Positions 36,767-48,249 of a DNA stretch of 64,000 nt are shown piece by piece. A model generated the notes under the pieces. That model saw nothing but the letters and a program-made list of their open reading frames with translations. It was not told the origin of the DNA and searched no databases. The stretch's first letter is position 1. Each line of letters begins with the position of its first letter. A program made the position numbers and the translations under genes. Origin of the DNA: Microcoleus sp. AS-A8 (GTDB lineage: Bacteria; Cyanobacteriota; Cyanobacteriia; Cyanobacteriales; Coleofasciculaceae); contig JAMPKV010000010.1 in the NCBI GenBank assembly GCA_039962225.1, positions 265,924 through 329,923 of the forward strand. Direction: 5' to 3'.

Positions 36767-38458
36767 TTATTCCTGAGAGGGCTGCCGTATGGGAAGGGTG
36801 ACAGTAAACGTTGTGCCTTGACCCACTTCACTTTCTACAAGAATCTCGCCCCCGTGTAAGTCCACACATTCCTTGACAATTACTAATCCTAAACCAACTC
36901 CAGGGGTAACACCAATATTACTGCCGCGAAAGAAGGGATTAAATAACCAAGGTTTTTCGGTCGGGAGAATACCAATTCCTTGGTCTGATAGGTGCAAAAT
37001 CACTTGGCTGGGTTCGCAAGTTAACTCCAACCGAATTGGGTTGTGATCCGGAGAAAACTTAATCGCATTGGAAAGCAAGTTTCTCAGGATTAATTGTACG
37101 AGCTTTTCATCTAGAAAGACATGGGTACAGCTTCCTTGGCACTCAAAAAGAATGGGGTGTAGATTTGCGGCATTCACCTGATATTCGTTGACCATTTCAC
37201 GAGCAATCTGTTCGACATTCACAAGAGTCGGACTAAACTCTAGATTTCCCGTTTCCGCTTGGTTGACAATCAGCATATCTTCAACCAACTTGGTCAAGTA
37301 TTTAATAGAGGATTGAATGCGTTGAAAATGTTTCTTTTTTTTATCGAGTGTCAATCGCGAGTCGTAATTTTCTAGTAGATCTGCTGAGGACAAAATGGTC
37401 GTCAGGGGAGTACGGTACTCGTGTGAAACCGTCGCGATGATGCGAGATTTTAAGTCATTAAGTTCTCGCTCTTTTTCGAGAGCCAATCGCAATTCCTGTT
37501 CTAAACGCTGGCGTCGAGCAATTTCTTGCCTAAGTTGCTCATTCGTTTCTCTTAATTGATTCATACCCTCTGCCACTCTAAGTTCTAGTTCTTCATTAGT
37601 CTTTTCTAATAAAGATTGAAATTGCTGTTTTTCAGTCATGTCATGAAAAACTAATACAGCCCCAAGAATGTTACCTTCTTCATTTTTGATCGGTGCTGCA
37701 CTATCATCAATTGGAATTTCGCTACCATCTTTGGTAATCAGGAGGGTGTGGTTTTCTAAACCCACCGTAATTCCCTCTTGAAGAACCAAGTTGATCGGAT
37801 TCTCAATAATCTCTCGCGTTTTTTCGTTGATGGCGTGAAAAAATTGGCTCAAAGCATTCCCTAGAACCTCTTCGGAGTTCCAACGAGTAAGGGCTTCGGC
37901 AACCGGATTCATAAACGTGACTACACCCTGTGAATCGGTTGTAATCACGGCGTCTCCAATACTTTTAAGTGTCGTTGCCAACCACTGTTCTCTCTGTCGA
38001 AGCTGCTGCTCTATCTGATGTTTGTAGAGAGCTATTTCAATAGTTGTATTTAAATCTCTCGCTTCAAAAGGCTTCAGAATATAACCGTAGGGTTCTGTGC
38101 GTTTGGCACGATTGAGTGTTTCCTCATCGGTGTAAGCCGTTAAATAGACGACAGGAATTTGGAATTCGGTACGTATTCGTTCGGCAGCTTGGATACCATC
38201 GATCATGCCTTTGAGTTTAATATCCATTAAGACTAAGTCGGGGTGAGTTTGTTCTACCTTTTGCAGGGCAACTTCTCCCGAAGAACTCACAGCGGTTACA
38301 ATATATCCAAGTCTTTCCAATCGATTTTGAATATTAAAAGCAACAATATTTTCGTCTTCAACTATTAAAATTTTAGCTTTCACGATTTTGGGTGCAATTC
38401 CTTCAAGGGTCATTTTATAAAAAGTATTTGAAATCGGGTTTATCAGCCACAGTCTCAT
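36767..38458 (-). CDS. Hybrid two-component sensor: N-terminal receiver, PAS, HisKA, HATPase_c
   Basis: REC (ILIVEDENIV...DLVLMDIKLKGMIDG), PAS, HisKA (SHEYRTPLTTI), HATPase (GVGLGLVIVKECVDLHGGEI). Confidence 0.8.
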   Translation of the reverse strand: MRLWLINPISNTFYKMTLEGIAPKIVKAKILIVEDENIVAFNIQNRLERLGYIVTAVSSSGEVALQKVEQTHPDLVLMDIKLKGMIDGIQAAERIRTEFQIPVVYLTAYTDEETLNRAKRTEPYGYILKPFEARDLNTTIEIALYKHQIEQQLRQREQWLATTLKSIGDAVITTDSQGVVTFMNPVAEALTRWNSEEVLGNALSQFFHAINEKTREIIENPINLVLQEGITVGLENHTLLITKDGSEIPIDDSAAPIKNEEGNILGAVLVFHDMTEKQQFQSLLEKTNEELELRVAEGMNQLRETNEQLRQEIARRQRLEQELRLALEKERELNDLKSRIIATVSHEYRTPLTTILSSADLLENYDSRLTLDKKKKHFQRIQSSIKYLTKLVEDMLIVNQAETGNLEFSPTLVNVEQIAREMVNEYQVNAANLHPILFECQGSCTHVFLDEKLVQLILRNLLSNAIKFSPDHNPIRLELTCEPSQVILHLSDQGIGILPTEKPWLFNPFFRGSNIGVTPGVGLGLVIVKECVDLHGGEILVESEVGQGTTFTVTLPIRQPSQE

Positions 38459-38855
38459 TCAGCATTCGCTCATCGGCCAGTGATTTTTCTCTCGGTAATG
38501 AATTACTTGGAGGAAAACTCTCCTAAAAAATTTTAAAATTCTGAGCCTAATGTTTCCATTTGTCAAGTTTGCGTGTGCCAGAGCCTCTTGTGTACATTAC
38601 AACATGTAACGGAATTGCGTAGGCAAGAATATAGCCGTTCTCCCATGAGTTAAACCCAGCCGTCTGTCAGGACAAAGCCTTCCTTGTCTCTACCCTGTGG
38701 TATATACAACTGAGACCCGATATAAACTTTTATCACAGATTGAGCCGGTGTCTGGAACCGGCTTCCGGCTGACTGTGGTACTCTTGTAAGTCCCTGCGGG
38801 ACTGATGAATTTCATAGGCTACACACCCTAATACTTCCTCCTTTAGGAGGGAATA

Positions 38856-41222
38856 ATGAAAAATCCCCACACTTTTTTACGCTCGGTTTTGTTAATGCAT
38901 CTGCGGCAATTGCCCTACACGCAAGCCGCCCAATCGTTTCAGAAATCTATCACCTTCAAGCATCCTCTGCTGAAGCAAATAGCGGCCTCCGCCTTGGCAA
39001 CGGTGGCATTCGCTTCAGTCGGAACGACTTTAAAACCTACCCTAACTCAAGTCAGTTCTGCGACTCTGCCTTTGACTGCAACAGCAAGGGTTAACACCAA
39101 CCTCAATCCTCAATCGGCAAAGATTGCGGCCTCTGCGCGGCTCAATTCTACTCCATCAACTCTTGCCCAACTGCAAACCCGTAACAGTCGCTATCAAGCG
39201 ATGCAGTTGTTTGACCTGGGAGGACTCATCCCCATTATGGTTGTGGGGGGTCTGATTATCGCTGTGCCGCTGTTGTTCGGCGGACTGGTGGTGATTAGTG
39301 AACGGGAAGTCGGCATTGTGGTTAAGAAATTTGCCCTTTCCGGTCGCGGACTTCCACCCGGTCGTTTGATTGCCTTGGAGGGCGAAGCGGGATATCAAGC
39401 GGATACTCTCGCCCCCGGTTGGCATTGGGGTTATTGGCCTTGGCAATATAACGTTCGCAAAGAATCGCTGAGTATTGTCCCCCAAGGGGAAATTGCCCTC
39501 GTGGTAGCTGCCGATGGTGCTTCCATCCCGGCGCAACGCATTCTGGGGAAAGTCCTCGCCTGCGATAATTTCCAAGATGCCCGGAAGTTTCTCAAAGGGG
39601 GTGGCGAAAAAGGTCGTCAGTTGGGTATCCTCACCGCTGGAACCTACCGGATTAATACGGCTTTATTCACCGTGATTACCGCCGCCAACGCCAACCATCA
39701 TGGCATGAAACCGGAGCAGTTGCGGCTGTATAGTATTTCTCCGGACAAAGTGGGCATTGTCACCACCTTTGACGGTATCTCGATCGAAGAAGGGGAAATT
39801 GCAGGCCCGATTATCCCCCATCACGATAATTTCCAGAATGCTCAAAAATTCATCGATGGCGGTGGGCGACGCGGTTTACAGGAGCAAGTTCTGCTATCGG
39901 GTTCTTGGAACCTAAACCCTTGGTTCGTGGGCGTTGAGCAAGTCGCGATGACCGAAATTCCCATCGGCTATGTCGGTGTGGTGATTTCCTATGTCGGCAA
40001 AGCGCAAGAAGATGTCAGTGGGGCAGCATTCACCCACGGCAATTTAGTGGAACCAGGGCATAAGGGCGTGTGGGTAACACCGCTTTATCCAGGGAAACAT
40101 CCCCTCAATACCCGCATTCTGAAAGTTGAACTGGTGCCAACCACGAATATCGTGCTGAATTGGTCAGGCAGAACGGAACGGCACAGCTACGACTCGAAAC
40201 TCTCCTCTCTCACGGTGCGTTCTCAGGATGGCTTCGCCTTTGATTTGGAAGTGGCTCAAATTATCCATGTCGGGGCGTTAGATGCACCCAAGGTGATTTC
40301 TCGCGTCGGTGCGATGCAAAATCTGGTAGACCATGTGTTGCAGCCCACGGTGGGAAATTACTTCCGAAATTCCGCTCAAGCCTATACGGTACTCGACTTT
40401 CTCACAGCACGTTCCGAACGGCAAGTGGAAGCGGCTGAGTATATTAAAATCGCACTTCGCGCCTATGATGTACAGGCGATCGATACCCTGATTGGGGATA
40501 TCTTGCCGCCAGCAACGCTGATGACGACGCAAACCGATCGCAAAATTGCGGAAGAACAACGCAAGACGTATGAAGTGCAGCAAATGGCACAAACTCAGCG
40601 GCAACAGTTGGTGAGAGAAACCGCGATCGCAGATATTCAGCAAGACTTGGTGAAGTCGGAACAAGGGGTTAAAATTGCGGAACTCAAGGCCAATGCCAGA
40701 GTGAAGGAATCCACTGGGGAAGCAGAAGCGATTCGAGTCACGGGTAACGCCAAAGCCGAAGCATACAAAGCCGGTGTCGATGCTTTGGGAGGACAGGGTT
40801 ATACTGCATTGCAACTCATGCAGATTATCGGCGATCGCAACGTGCGCGTTGTCCCCGATGTTGCCGTTAGCGGAAACGGCAGCGGTGGTGGCTTAGTGGA
40901 TGGCTTGTTGGGGATGATGATTCGTTCTCAGACAAGTAAATCCAATGGGAATGGGAAGTCGCCCTCCAAGCCTCCTGTGCCACCGATCACGGAAACGATG
41001 ACCGCCGAGTTGGAAACCGAACCAATAATTGCGATCGCCCAAGAGGCGGTGGCAAAGCCAATCGCCCAAACTCAGTCTCCGCGTTTAGAAAGCACACCGT
41101 CAACCCATGCCACTCAAACTCCCAAATCTCAGGGAACAAAGGCACCCCCACTACCTCCCCATAAAATAGCGATCGATTCATTCTTCGACCAATTGTCGCA
41201 GGATGCTCCATCAATCGACTAG
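38856..41222 (+). CDS. Flotillin-like SPFH/band-7 family membrane protein (start uncertain; alternative ATG at 39201)
   Basis: TM segment LIPIMVVGGLIIAVPLLFGGLVV, followed by an SPFH-like region and a flotillin-type coiled-coil with an Ala/Glu-rich segment (EAEAIRVTGNAKAEAYKAGVDALGGQGYTALQLMQIIGD). The first 115 codons are low-complexity. Confidence 0.75.
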   Translation: MKNPHTFLRSVLLMHLRQLPYTQAAQSFQKSITFKHPLLKQIAASALATVAFASVGTTLKPTLTQVSSATLPLTATARVNTNLNPQSAKIAASARLNSTPSTLAQLQTRNSRYQAMQLFDLGGLIPIMVVGGLIIAVPLLFGGLVVISEREVGIVVKKFALSGRGLPPGRLIALEGEAGYQADTLAPGWHWGYWPWQYNVRKESLSIVPQGEIALVVAADGASIPAQRILGKVLACDNFQDARKFLKGGGEKGRQLGILTAGTYRINTALFTVITAANANHHGMKPEQLRLYSISPDKVGIVTTFDGISIEEGEIAGPIIPHHDNFQNAQKFIDGGGRRGLQEQVLLSGSWNLNPWFVGVEQVAMTEIPIGYVGVVISYVGKAQEDVSGAAFTHGNLVEPGHKGVWVTPLYPGKHPLNTRILKVELVPTTNIVLNWSGRTERHSYDSKLSSLTVRSQDGFAFDLEVAQIIHVGALDAPKVISRVGAMQNLVDHVLQPTVGNYFRNSAQAYTVLDFLTARSERQVEAAEYIKIALRAYDVQAIDTLIGDILPPATLMTTQTDRKIAEEQRKTYEVQQMAQTQRQQLVRETAIADIQQDLVKSEQGVKIAELKANARVKESTGEAEAIRVTGNAKAEAYKAGVDALGGQGYTALQLMQIIGDRNVRVVPDVAVSGNGSGGGLVDGLLGMMIRSQTSKSNGNGKSPSKPPVPPITETMTAELETEPIIAIAQEAVAKPIAQTQSPRLESTPSTHATQTPKSQGTKAPPLPPHKIAIDSFFDQLSQDAPSID

Positions 41223-41411
41223 GGAATCTGGGCAAAAATGTTTGACCACTTCCCAGACTAGATGGGAGAAGGAGAGATTCTAATCGGTCAAATCGTTCTC
41301 AATAGCAATAGGAATTCACAGGAATTTGGCTCCAAAAACTCTGCGTTCCTCTGCCTTAAAAAATAGTATGGCGATACGAACAGATTCAATCTCAATTATC
41401 CTTCATCCTTT

Positions 41412-43322
41412 TTGATGAGCTACTGTGTAAACCCTGATTGTCCAAAGCCGCGAAACCCTGAAACCCAAAAATGTTGTCAGGGATGCGGCTTTAATTTATG
41501 GGTGCAACAGCGTTACCGGGCTATTGAGTTAATCGGTGAAGGTGGATTTAGCAGAACCTTTCTAGCTGTGGATGAAAGTGAATCGGCTTGCGTACTTAAG
41601 CAGTTGTGGACAAAGAACCTCACCCCTGAAGCGGCAAAAAAAGCGATGCCGAAGGCGGTTCGCGAAGCGACCATCGCTCTTTTTCAACAAGAAGCACGAC
41701 GACTGGAGGAATTAGGCCAGCATCCCCAAATCCCTACGTTATTGGCACATTTTGAGGAAAATTACTACCTCTACTTAGTGCAAGAGTTGATTGATGGCCT
41801 AAACTTGGCGAAGGTCGTAGAGGAAGAAGGGACATTCAGCGAGGCTCAGATTTGGCAACTTCTCGATGATTTATTGCCAGTCCTCAAGTTTATTCACGAC
41901 CATCACATCATTCACCGCGATATTAAGCCAGAAAATATCATTCGCCGTACCTCTTTGCCTACAGTTTTCTCCCTTAATCAGGCCGGAACTCATACGAGGA
42001 GGTTCGGAGAGGTTGAGAAGAGTCAGTTGGTACTCGTTGACTTTGGTGCTGCCAAATTAATCACAGGAATTAACTCCCTGAACGCAGGAACCTGCATCGG
42101 CAGTCCGGAATATGTAGCACCCGAACAAGCGAGAGGAAAAGCGGTTTTTGCCAGTGACCTTTACAGCTTAGGGGTAAGCTGTATTAACCTGCTGACAGGC
42201 ATTCCTCCCTTTGATTTATTTGATGTTGTTAATGATGGCTGGGCGTGGCGAGATTATTTAACGCAAGATGTGAGCGAATGCCTGGGTCAAATTTTAGATA
42301 AACTGCTGCAAAATGCGCTAACTCGCCGCTTTCAATCAGTTGATCAAGTGATGCAAGCGATCGCTGATACTAGGGAAAAATCAGGTTTATCTCAATTCCG
42401 GCACAAAGATTACGCAGGGACGCACAGCCCTCCTCCAATCTTATGGCAATGCCAACAGACTCTGAGCGGTAATTCAGCGGTCAATTCACTAGCCATTAGC
42501 CCGGATGGTCAGTTCTTGGCAAGTGGCTATGAGGATAACACCATTCGCTTATGGAATTTAGCAACTGGAGAGTTACTCTCTACCCTCATGGGACATGGAC
42601 AAGCTGTAACATCGGTTGCTTTTAGTCCTGATGGGAGAATGCTGGCGACAGGGAGTGATGACCAAACAATCAAATTGTGGGACTGGAAAAATGGTCAGGA
42701 AATTTACACCTTGTGTGGGCATTCCCACGCCGTAAAGTCGGTTGTGTTTAGCCCTGATGCTCAGGTGTTAGCGAGCGCTAGTTGGGATAAGACCATTAAA
42801 CTGTGGAATGTTCAGACTGGTGTGTCAGAAAAGACGCTGACGGGTCATAGATTGCAGGTTAGTGCTGTGGCGTTCAGTCCGACGGGTAATATTCTGGGCA
42901 GTGCCAGTTGCGATCGCACTTGGCGTTTGTGGGACTTGACATCGGGTTCATCTACCCCTCTTTACGGTCACGCTTGGGCTGTTGTTGCGATCGCTTTTAG
43001 TCCGGATGGTCAAACCCTGGCAACAGGCAGTGATGATAACACGAGCATCTTGTGGGACTGGAAAACTGGGAAAATACTTTACACGCTTTCTGGTCACTCG
43101 TGGTCAGTGGTCGCTCTTACCTTTAGTGCGAATGGAGAGACTTTGGTAAGTGGCAGTCGGGATCAGACGATTCAGCTTTGGCAAGTGAGTACAGGGAAGA
43201 AGATCGCCACCCTCACAGGGCATTTAGACTCTGTCTCTAGCGTCGCCATGAGTTCGACGGGGGCGATGATTGCCAGTGGCAGTCAGGACAAAACGATTAA
43301 GCTGTGGCATCGGCTTGGATAA
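41412..43322 (+). CDS. Ser/Thr protein kinase with N-terminal zinc ribbon and 7 C-terminal WD40 repeats
   Basis: CVNPDCPKPRNPETQKCCQGCG, kinase motifs HRDIKPENI and DFG, and repeated GH...WD units (IRLWNL, IKLWDW, IKLWNV...). Confidence 0.85.
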   Translation: MMSYCVNPDCPKPRNPETQKCCQGCGFNLWVQQRYRAIELIGEGGFSRTFLAVDESESACVLKQLWTKNLTPEAAKKAMPKAVREATIALFQQEARRLEELGQHPQIPTLLAHFEENYYLYLVQELIDGLNLAKVVEEEGTFSEAQIWQLLDDLLPVLKFIHDHHIIHRDIKPENIIRRTSLPTVFSLNQAGTHTRRFGEVEKSQLVLVDFGAAKLITGINSLNAGTCIGSPEYVAPEQARGKAVFASDLYSLGVSCINLLTGIPPFDLFDVVNDGWAWRDYLTQDVSECLGQILDKLLQNALTRRFQSVDQVMQAIADTREKSGLSQFRHKDYAGTHSPPPILWQCQQTLSGNSAVNSLAISPDGQFLASGYEDNTIRLWNLATGELLSTLMGHGQAVTSVAFSPDGRMLATGSDDQTIKLWDWKNGQEIYTLCGHSHAVKSVVFSPDAQVLASASWDKTIKLWNVQTGVSEKTLTGHRLQVSAVAFSPTGNILGSASCDRTWRLWDLTSGSSTPLYGHAWAVVAIAFSPDGQTLATGSDDNTSILWDWKTGKILYTLSGHSWSVVALTFSANGETLVSGSRDQTIQLWQVSTGKKIATLTGHLDSVSSVAMSSTGAMIASGSQDKTIKLWHRLG

Positions 43323-43429
43323 CTTTGAGCATGAGCATTCTCTGAGGCACTGCCAAAAGATAAATTCTCCAATACCTAAATTAACAAGTAAGGTGCGTGA
43401 TTTAACGCACCCTACTACCTTTTTCAGCC

Positions 43430-44743
<1,314 letters not shown>

Positions 44744-45020
44744 TTAGATTGCCGACTTTGATTATGGCTCAATAGAGTGAGTTTTAACTCCCCAGATTCA
44801 TTGATGGGGTTCTACTCCAAAATCTAAAATCGGATGACTCCAGCGATTAGCATACGCCTTCTTGTGAGCGTCAAACTACAACTTTAAGGATGTCTACCGA
44901 TCCCTACCGTGTTACTACGTACTCTGGGGTAGGGATTTCTCTTCATCGCGTGAGCGCTTTTAGACCGTCACTGTTTTTAAAATGAACTCATAGAGGAATC
45001 CGCTTAAGGAGAAAAAGCCC

Positions 45021-45452
45021 ATGCGAATGCTACACACAATGCTGCGGGTCGGCAATCTTGAGGAATCTCTCAAGTTTTACTGCGACGTTTTGGGGATGAA
45101 GCTACTGCGCCAAAAAGATTATCCCAGCGGCGAATTTACCTTGGCTTTCGTGGGTTATGGCGATGAATCTGACCACACTGTCATTGAACTGACCCACAAC
45201 TGGGGTACAGAGCAATACGACTTGGGTAATGCTTATGGTCACATTGCCCTTGGTGTGGATAATATTTACGAAACTTGTGCCCAAATCAGAATTAAAGGTG
45301 GTAAAGTCGTCCGCGAACCAGGGCCGATGAAGCATGGTTCAACGGTCATTGCTTTTGTGGAAGACCCGAATGGATATAAGATTGAGCTGATTCAGTTGGG
45401 CACTCAAAATTCTGTTAACCAGCAAGAAACCGCCAAAGCTGCAACCAGCTAG
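45021..45452 (+). CDS. gloA: Lactoylglutathione lyase (glyoxalase I)
   Basis: [47 protein letters not shown]...IELTHNWG. Confidence 0.85.
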   Translation: MRMLHTMLRVGNLEESLKFYCDVLGMKLLRQKDYPSGEFTLAFVGYGDESDHTVIELTHNWGTEQYDLGNAYGHIALGVDNIYETCAQIRIKGGKVVREPGPMKHGSTVIAFVEDPNGYKIELIQLGTQNSVNQQETAKAATS

Positions 45453-45708
45453 TACAGGCTGATCAAAAACTGATTTTCTCTTGAATTGTTCCCTTGGTTA
45501 ATTTCTTCCTCTCCCCTTAGCCACTCCTTTGAGGCATAAAGGAGTTGCCGAAATGGATTGGGTCAGAATCGTCTCAAAGACCTTAGGAAAAGGAAAAAGA
45601 GCCACTTGTGTGACTCTTTTGATTATCAGGGTGCATCTACTAAGCACAATATAACACCTTAGGGGTGGGGGGTGTCACCCCTTATTTAAAAATTCTGCCT
45701 GGAAACGA

Positions 45709-47142
45709 ATGAAGACAACCCATAAACCTCTAACTCGTAGAGCTTGGGCAAATGCGATCGCCCAACCCGCCCAAGAATTTCCCCCCACACCCCTGCCCAT
45801 CCTCTCCGGTAAAATTCCAGAGGGTTTACGGGGTTCACTCTACCGCAACGGCCCCGGACGCCTAGAGCGCGGTGGTATACGAGTGGGACATTGGTTTGAT
45901 GGGGATGGAGCGATCTTAGGGGTGCATTTTACCGATGCGGGTGCGACAGGACTCTATCGCTACGTGCAAACCGCTGGCTACCAAGACGAAAGCGAAAAAG
46001 AGCAATTTCTTTACCCCAACTATGGCATGACAGCACCGGGCAGAATTTGGCAGCGTTGGGGTAAGCCAGTGAAGAATGCTGCCAATACCTCAGTGTTGCC
46101 GTTGTCCGATAAACTCTTAGCTCTGTGGGAAGGCGGAAATCCCCATGCTCTCGATCTTCAGACGCTGGAAACCATAGGAATCGATGATTTAACTCAGTTA
46201 GGTGAGGGAGCGCCATTTTCGGCTCATCCCAAATGTGACCCCAAGACGGGGGAGATTTTTAACTTTGGTGTGACTATTGGCCTGAATATCACATTAAAGG
46301 TTTATAAAAGTGATTCTACGGGCAAGATTATCCAACAGGGTTCTGTACCCCTAGACGGTTTGTCCCTAGTGCATGATTTTGTGCTCGCAGGGCAGTACTT
46401 AATCTTTTTTGTGCCACCAGTGCGGGTAAATTTGTTAAGCGCTGGGTTGGGATTGAGCAGTTATAGTGACGCGATGGAATGGCAACCTGAACGCCCGACT
46501 CAGATTATTGTCCTTGATCGCGAAACCCTTAGTTTGGTCAGCCGCACTGAAGCTGAGCCTTGGTTTCAGTGGCACTTTAGCAATGGTTATGTGGATACGG
46601 ATGGCACGATCGCGATCGATCTGGTGCGCTATCCGGACTTCCAGACGAATCGGTATTTAAAAGAACTGGCAACCGGTCAAACCCAGACACAAGTTAAAGG
46701 AACGCTGTGGCAGGTGCGTTTAAATCCCCAGACGGGGAAAGTTATACAACTCGTGGAATTGTTAGACAGAGGCTGTGAGTTCCCTGTTGTACCGCCGCAA
46801 CTTGTGGGACAAGCCTCGCCGGATATCTATTTAGCCGTACATCGGGATGGGGTGGATATTAGTCAAGAGTTTTTTGGTGCGATCGCTCGATTCAACACCA
46901 AAACGGATCGTTTAGCGATCGCGGATATGGGAGACAATCGCTATCCCTCTGAACCCCTATATGCCGCCGATGCCTTGAATCAGCAGCAGGGTTGGGTACT
47001 AACGGTTGTGTATGACGGGAATTCTGACACGAGTGAGGTATGGATATTTGATAGCGACACTCTAGATGATGAGCCCGTCTGTCGCCTAGGATTACCCAGC
47101 GTGATTCCCCATAGTTTTCATGGCAAGTGGAAACCCGCATAA
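45709..47142 (+). CDS. Carotenoid cleavage oxygenase (apocarotenoid-15,15'-oxygenase / RPE65 family)
   Basis: GSLYRNGPGRLE...WFDGDGAILGVHF...LALWEGGNPHALD...FHGKWKPA. Collinear with cyanobacterial ACO-type enzymes. Confidence 0.85.
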   Translation: MKTTHKPLTRRAWANAIAQPAQEFPPTPLPILSGKIPEGLRGSLYRNGPGRLERGGIRVGHWFDGDGAILGVHFTDAGATGLYRYVQTAGYQDESEKEQFLYPNYGMTAPGRIWQRWGKPVKNAANTSVLPLSDKLLALWEGGNPHALDLQTLETIGIDDLTQLGEGAPFSAHPKCDPKTGEIFNFGVTIGLNITLKVYKSDSTGKIIQQGSVPLDGLSLVHDFVLAGQYLIFFVPPVRVNLLSAGLGLSSYSDAMEWQPERPTQIIVLDRETLSLVSRTEAEPWFQWHFSNGYVDTDGTIAIDLVRYPDFQTNRYLKELATGQTQTQVKGTLWQVRLNPQTGKVIQLVELLDRGCEFPVVPPQLVGQASPDIYLAVHRDGVDISQEFFGAIARFNTKTDRLAIADMGDNRYPSEPLYAADALNQQQGWVLTVVYDGNSDTSEVWIFDSDTLDDEPVCRLGLPSVIPHSFHGKWKPA

Positions 47143-47435
47143 GCTGTTCGTTATCTAGTTTTACAGGGTAATCTCAGGCAGCAAACGATTTCAGGCACTA
47201 AATTATCAAATTTAGATGCCCCTCAGCTTAACAACCGAGAAGTTAATACGAGTTGCGTTTAACGATAGTAGAGCGGTTGGATGGGGAGATGGGGAGAAAG
47301 AAAAATTCTTGATCAGTCCTACTAAAATTTCAGCCATTTCACTGAAGGAATTGAGCCATTTTGCTGAGGCTTCCTTAGCGAACTCAACTGTAATATTAGA
47401 GAGGATTGAGAGAGGAGAGCGAATCAGCGCTCGAA

Positions 47436-47660
47436 TTAGCTGTTTTTAGTCATCTCTTTATCTCTCCGCCCACAGCCGGGAGGAGGGCTTTGTCCACTAT
47501 CAGGACAAACCTTCTGTGTGCCTGACGCCTTTGTTGTTAATAACTGTACGCCAAAATCCGATGGCTGCGGCCTTGCAGCTCGAGAGCCGAACTGTGGAGA
47601 ATTAGCAGCTAGGCCAGTGAATAACAGACTTGCTAACAGGATCGAGCTGTAGGTTTGCAT
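47436..47660 (-). CDS. Possible small secreted protein (speculative)
   Basis: 74-aa ORF with a signal-peptide-like N-terminus MQTYSSILLASLLFTGLAA and a weak AAGGA upstream. It lies in an otherwise gene-free 1.1-kb low-GC gap. Confidence 0.2.
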   Translation of the reverse strand: MQTYSSILLASLLFTGLAANSPQFGSRAARPQPSDFGVQLLTTKASGTQKVCPDSGQSPPPGCGRRDKEMTKNS

Positions 47661-48249
47661 TTCGGGATGTCCTTGTCGGAGTATCTAATTCCTTATTCGG
47701 ACCTCCAAAGACGGTTTCAGTAAAAAAAGCAATGAGAGAAACACTTTTGTAAGTGTTCTCTATCTACTTCATTAAAAACATGTAATTAGATGACTGGGTT
47801 TAAGGAAAGGTTAACCCTGACAGTAAAAAAACTGGCCTGCATTTCTGTGACAATTGTCTCTTCTTATGTATATTCTATTAAGTAAAGTAATATCTTTCTT
47901 AAGAAGGATGCACAGCTCAAAAAACTTAATCGGTGTTAGCGCAGCCCTTCCGCAGTAGAGCCAGACTAGCGAATCAGTCCCGACCTGAGAAGCGTCAGCG
48001 GGATGTATTGATTCTAAAGCGTAAATCCTGTAGAAAATCGCCTGATAATTTTCCCCTCAAGAATAGACAATTAATGCCATTGGAGCCGTGTTAAGAAACT
48101 GGGCGTAGTTGTTTACAAATGCTTTAATTTTTGATGGTTTAATGATAAAAGATTTATGAAAAACACAGTCTTCCAGTCTGCGGTGAGCTAGTGAAGGCTT
48201 TCATCTGCGAGTTTTTTGTGCATCTTGATAAGCGACGGAGACAGCAATC

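Noticed and set aside
38672-38690. Possible shared element between 38672 (gtctgtcaggacaaagcc) and 47478 (ggctttgtccactatcaggac)
   Set aside because: Only a ~10-nt core (GGCTTTGTCC / its complement) is shared. That is too short to call a repeat family without a genome-wide count.
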